DNA from: Podarcis muralis
Taxonomy: Eukaryota
NCBI RefSeq assembly: GCF_964188315.1
Contig: NC_135664.1
Location: 20,398,001-20,462,000 of the forward strand
Length of the DNA: 64,000 bases
Direction: 5' to 3'
Shown here: one piece after another, positions 63,835-64,000 of the stretch
Layout of the letters: each line of letters begins with the position of its first letter
How positions within the stretch are numbered: the stretch's first letter is position 1
Notes under the pieces: generated by a model
Databases searched by the model: none
What the model saw: the letters and a program-made list of their open reading frames with translations, nothing else
What the model was told of the DNA's origin: nothing
Translations under genes and position numbers: made by a program

Positions 63835-64000
63835 GCATAGTACAACAGTCTACAAAAAAACCGCAAGAGCTAATGGAGGGGGAGCAAGGGTGCATGTACA
63901 TTATGCAGTCGGAGCTGTGTTCCCTTCAGGTCTCGGATCAAGGTCCATAGAAGCTGCGGAGCTGAGAATAGTGGGGAGAGATCAAGGTGAGGTTGGGAAT

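Noticed and set aside
57928-64000. Next CADPS2 exon (LLCNGKFHKHLQE-like)
   Set aside because: No matching reading found; presumably beyond the window.

Overview
Vertebrate genomic DNA, most likely a lacertid-type lizard (inferred from Sauria/Squam1 and Squam3 SINEs and squamate L2, CR1, RTE and MITE families). The window is the middle of CADPS2 (calcium-dependent secretion activator 2) on the + strand. Nine ordinary coding exons, recognised by translation and GT-AG sites, splice into one continuous frame from the PH domain into the DUF1041/MUN region. Two frame-preserving microexons are also present: 21 nt at 42810-42830 and 9 nt at 52449-52457. The gene runs beyond both window ends. The introns hold many transposon relics. 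Most notable: the 21-nt microexon with an upstream TGC and four downstream TGCATG motifs; a collapsed DIRS tyrosine-recombinase retrotransposon with ITRs, internal complementary region and RNase H/YR remnants; a head-to-head Penelope-like repeat pair with a decayed hammerhead motif; a 147-bp intronic inverted repeat; oppositely oriented young SINEs flanking exons; and a TGACA-dense candidate enhancer. Almost all ORFs in the supplied track are spurious or transposon-derived. Repeat-family names and comparisons to human or mouse proteins come from recalled sequence, not database searches; repeat boundaries without TSDs are approximate.
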